NCBI RefSeq assembly: GCF_030684315.1
Contig: NC_081396.1
Span: 1,736,001-1,800,000 of the forward strand
DNA length: 64,000 nt
DNA from: Stegostoma tigrinum
Lineage: Eukaryota
Direction of reading: 5' to 3'
Positions within the stretch are counted from its first letter, which is position 1; the number at the start of each line of letters is the position of its first letter. Of this stretch, positions 60,378-64,000 are shown in pieces. A program made the translations under genes and the position numbers. Under the pieces are notes generated by a model that saw only the letters and a program-made list of their open reading frames with translations, did no database searches and was not told the DNA's origin.

Positions 60378-62643
60378 ATGAGAAGAACAGATCACAATGA
60401 AGAGAAACCAGACATGGCTTCTGGCTGTGGAAGGGACTTCAGCCGAACGTCAGCCTGGGCTAATCGCCAGCTCACTCACACTGGGGAGAGGCCATTCATC
60501 TGCTCTAGGTGCGGGAAGGAATTCAGTCAGGCATTTTCGTTGCTCAGTCACCAGCGGGTTCACACTGGGGAAAGGCCATTCATCTGCTCTGAATGTCGGA
60601 ATGCATTTACTCAGTCACACACCCTGCTGGCACACCAGAGAGTTCATACAGGAGAGAGATCATTCATGTGCCCTGAGTGTGGTAAGCAATTTGCTCAGTT
60701 GTGCAACCTGCTGACACACCAGCAGGTTCACACTGGGGAGAGACCATTCAGCTGTTCCCAGTGCGGGAGGGCATTCATGAATGTGACCAATCTACTGCGA
60801 CACTGGCAGGTTCACACTGGGGAGAAACGGTTCACCTGCCTGCAGTGTGGGAGGTGATTCACTCAGTCAACTCACCTGGAAAGACACCAGCAAGTTCACT
60901 CTGGGGAGAAGCCATTCATCTGCTCTCAGTGCAGTAAGGAATTCACTCCAAAAACTGACCTTCTGAGGCATCAACAAGTTCAAACTGGGGAGAGACCATT
61001 CACCTGCTCAGAATATGGGAAGGGATTCATTTGGTTATTCAGATTGCGGAAACACCAGCGAATGCACACTGGCAAGAGTCCCCACACCAGCACTGACTCT
61101 GGGAAGGAAGGTATCCCAGTATCTAATATTCAGGGAAACCAGGTTAACACTGAGGAGAGACCACAAATCTGCACTGATGCTCGGCAGGGATTGACTGAGT
61201 TTTCCAACCTACAGAGGGATCAGCAAAGTGACACTGCAGACAGGCCCTTCACTTGTGCTGTATCTTGGCAGCGATCTGTTGAAATATCTAAAGAGCAGAG
61301 AGATGTAGTACATGCAGAGGAGAATCCTCTTCCACATACTGACTCTGGTAAGAAATTGCTTGCAATATCTGATCTTCAGAGAGACCAAGTTCACACTGAA
61401 TCAAGTCCCCTCAATAGCAATCTGTCTGCTGAGGGGTCTATTAGAATATCTAGCCTGCAGAGAGACCAGCAAAATCACACTGCCGATATTCCCCTTACTG
61501 GTGATGTGTCTAGGGAGGGATCTACTGATTTATCAAACCTTCAAAGAGACCAGCAAGACCACACCAGGAATTGGTCTTACGCCTGCTCCAAGTGCAGGAA
61601 GGGATTCAGGCGGTCATGTTCATTGCTCAGACACAAGCAAGACACCTATTCTGACTCTGTAGAGGAATCTATGCCAGCAAAGAGATCAGGTTCATACCAG
61701 GGCAAATCCAATCATCTCCACTGATTCTGAGGAGGGACCTCTTCCAATATCCAGCTTGCAAAGAGACCAGCAGGATCAGGCTGTGGAGGCTTCACTCAAC
61801 CGCACAGTGTCTGGGCAGGGATCTACTGTGTTATCCAGCCTGCAGAGAGACCAGCAAGATCATCCTGAGAAGGAGCCGTACACCTGCTCCAAGTCCAGGA
61901 AGGGACTCAGTCAGCCGTCTTCATTGCTCAGACACCAACGGGTTCACACTGGGGAGAGGCCATTCATCTGCTCTGAATGTGATAAAACATTCACTCAATC
62001 ATACACCCTCTTGGCACACCAGAGAATTCAGATGGGATAGAGACCATTCACCTGCCCTGAGTGTGGGAAGGGATTTGCTCAGCTGTGCAACCTGCTGACA
62101 CACCAGAGAGTACACACTGGGGAGAGACCTTTCAGTTGCTCGCAGTGTGAGAAGGCATTCATGAATGTGACCAATCTGCTGCGACACCAGAGAGTTCACA
62201 TGGGAGAGAGGCTGTTCATCTGTTCTGACTGTGGGAAGATGTTCACGCGGTTATCCCACCTCCTGAGACACCAGCAGCTTCACACTGGGGCGAACCTCTT
62301 CACCTGCCTGGAGTGTGGGAAGGTATTCACGCAGTCATCACACCTCGAGGGACACCAGCGAATTCACCTTGGTGAGAGGCCATTTACCTGCTCCCAGTGC
62401 AGTAAAGGATTCACTCAGATGAATGAACTTCTGAGGCACCAACAACTTCACAGTGGGGAGAGACCAGTCACCCGCTCAGAATGTGGGAAAGGATTTGTTC
62501 GTTTATTCAGATTACGGAAACACCAGCAAGTTCGCACTGGCAAGACTCCCCACACGAGCACTGACTCCATGGAAGGAGGTGTTCCAATATCTAAGCTGCC
62601 AAGAGGTCACATTCATACTGGAGAGAATGCCCTCACTGTGTGA
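60378..62643 (+). pseudogene. C2H2 zinc-finger array gene (~10 canonical fingers), disrupted
   Basis: Repeated HTGERPF-C-x2-C fingers; in-frame TGA at 60855-60857, frameshift at ~61675, TAG at 62038-62040; candidate acceptor at 60259-60260. Confidence 0.85.
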
Positions 62644-63409
62644 AGGAAAGGATACCCTTGGTCGTCTAACCCATTGACAGACCAGTGTGTCAACACCAAT
62701 TAGACACTCTAGTAATGTCCAGCTGTACAAAAGTATTAATATTCCTCGGAATTGATGAAGGAACATGCTGATATAGAGTCGTACAGCAGGGAAGAAGATC
62801 CTTCAATCCCATAAGTCCAAGACTACTTCGTTTCCCATTTGCCTGTGTTTGACCCATATTAATCTCAAACTCTCCGATTCAAGTACCTCTCGAAATGTCT
62901 CTTAAATGTTGTAACTATACCTACATCTGCGACATGTTCTGGAAGCTTGTTCCATACACACACCTGACATGAGATTATATTGTTGTTTACATTATTACTA
63001 CATGCAAGATGCCATCTCATTTTACACCAGCAAATTCACAGCGTTTGCCGATTCTGAATGCAAGAGCGAATTTTCCAGTTTCACCCACATGCTGAGACAA
63101 TAATATGCTGAAATGTAACTATGGTGATTGGATTTCGATTTAATCACATCAAACACAATGCAGTTATTGGGAGCAATATTCTGGCCAGAAATCAAGTAAA
63201 GCAACTTTGTGTGAAGTCGTGTGTCAGGTCTTTTCAATATTTCTGAAACAGGTTAGTTGCTGGTGAAGGGCTCTCTGTCTCTTCCCTGTATCCTCCATCC
63301 TCACCTCCAACAACAAGAGCTCCTGAGCTTATTTGACACTTATTTTGTGAGAATCTGATCAGCTGCCTTGGCTGCTTTCCTGCCTTTCTAAGCCACCAAG
63401 CCAAGCAGC

Positions 63410-63670
63410 ACACTGTGTGGCCTAGTCATAATGTCTTGGGCCTCATAGTAAACCCAGGTTAAGGTCCTTGGCACTGGGTGGTTCGAATTCCATCACAGCA
63501 GCTGGTATAATTTGAATTAAAGACGAGTCTAATGGCATAACTGTGTAGCTTTTTTTAAAAATTGGACTCATTAATGCCCTTTAGAGAAAATGTTCTGCTG
63601 TCCTGACTTGGTGTTGCCTATATATAACTCCAGATCCATAGTAATTTGGTTGACTCTTAACTACCTTCTC
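63410..63670 (+). mobile_element. Degenerate tRNA-derived SINE
   Basis: A-box-like gtggcctagt, B box ggttcgaattcc, body ending ggttgactcttaact. Confidence 0.55.
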
Positions 63671-63819
63671 TGAGGACTTCATAACACCCCTCATATGTGC
63701 AGCCAATGTTCCATCTACAGAGATAGAACAGATAAACATGGAGCTTCTGGTCAATTAGCGCAGAACCATGGTTATAACTCCACTGGGATACGGTCAACAT
63801 TTCTCATCTCCAGTCAGAG

Positions 63820-64000
63820 AAAGGAAATACAGGAACTGGAGAAGATGTTGCACAGATTAACAATGGTAAAACGAGAACTGACCACATTTCACTATTAGAA
63901 ACATCAGGGGTTTTGGGGTAGTGGGCTCGTGTGGTAGTTCTGGAAAAGAGCAGACTGAAGAGTGACCTAATGGAAGTCTTCAGGGTCATGTTGTGTTGGA
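63820..64000 (+). mobile_element. CR1 3' RT fragment
   Basis: ELEKMLHRLT...ctggaaaagagcagactgaagagtgacctaatggaagtc (LEKSRLKSDLMEV). Confidence 0.6.

Noticed and set aside
724-64000. TCR D, J or constant segments
   Set aside because: No 12-RSS followed by FGxG and a splice donor, and no C1-set exon, found by eye.

Overview
Vertebrate genomic DNA, most likely a shark. This is inferred from the HE1/V-SINE, CR1 LINEs, Penelope-like elements and a two-exon GPR139/GPR142-like GPCR family. The left 45 kb looks like the edge of a T-cell receptor alpha/delta V cluster, or an orphon of one. It holds one apparently intact TCR V exon with a 23-bp-spacer RSS (378-723). Next come three tandem duplicons of about 13-16 kb, each carrying an intact two-exon class A orphan GPCR gene (322-323 aa, about 93% identical for copies 1 vs 2). 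Two duplicons also carry a minus-strand TCR V pseudogene with a crippled 23-RSS that the ORF track misses, so V segments and GPCR genes alternate. The right 19 kb is TE-dense: SINEs, two clades of Penelope-like elements with minimal hammerhead ribozymes, and a Gypsy LTR relic interrupted by a CR1. It then has a CCAAT/NRF1-type promoter split by a 2-kb Penelope insertion, a 40-bp purine-rich minisatellite and a disrupted C2H2 zinc-finger gene. There is one 150-N assembly gap. Family names come from motif recognition only; no database search was run, and TE and duplicon boundaries are approximate.
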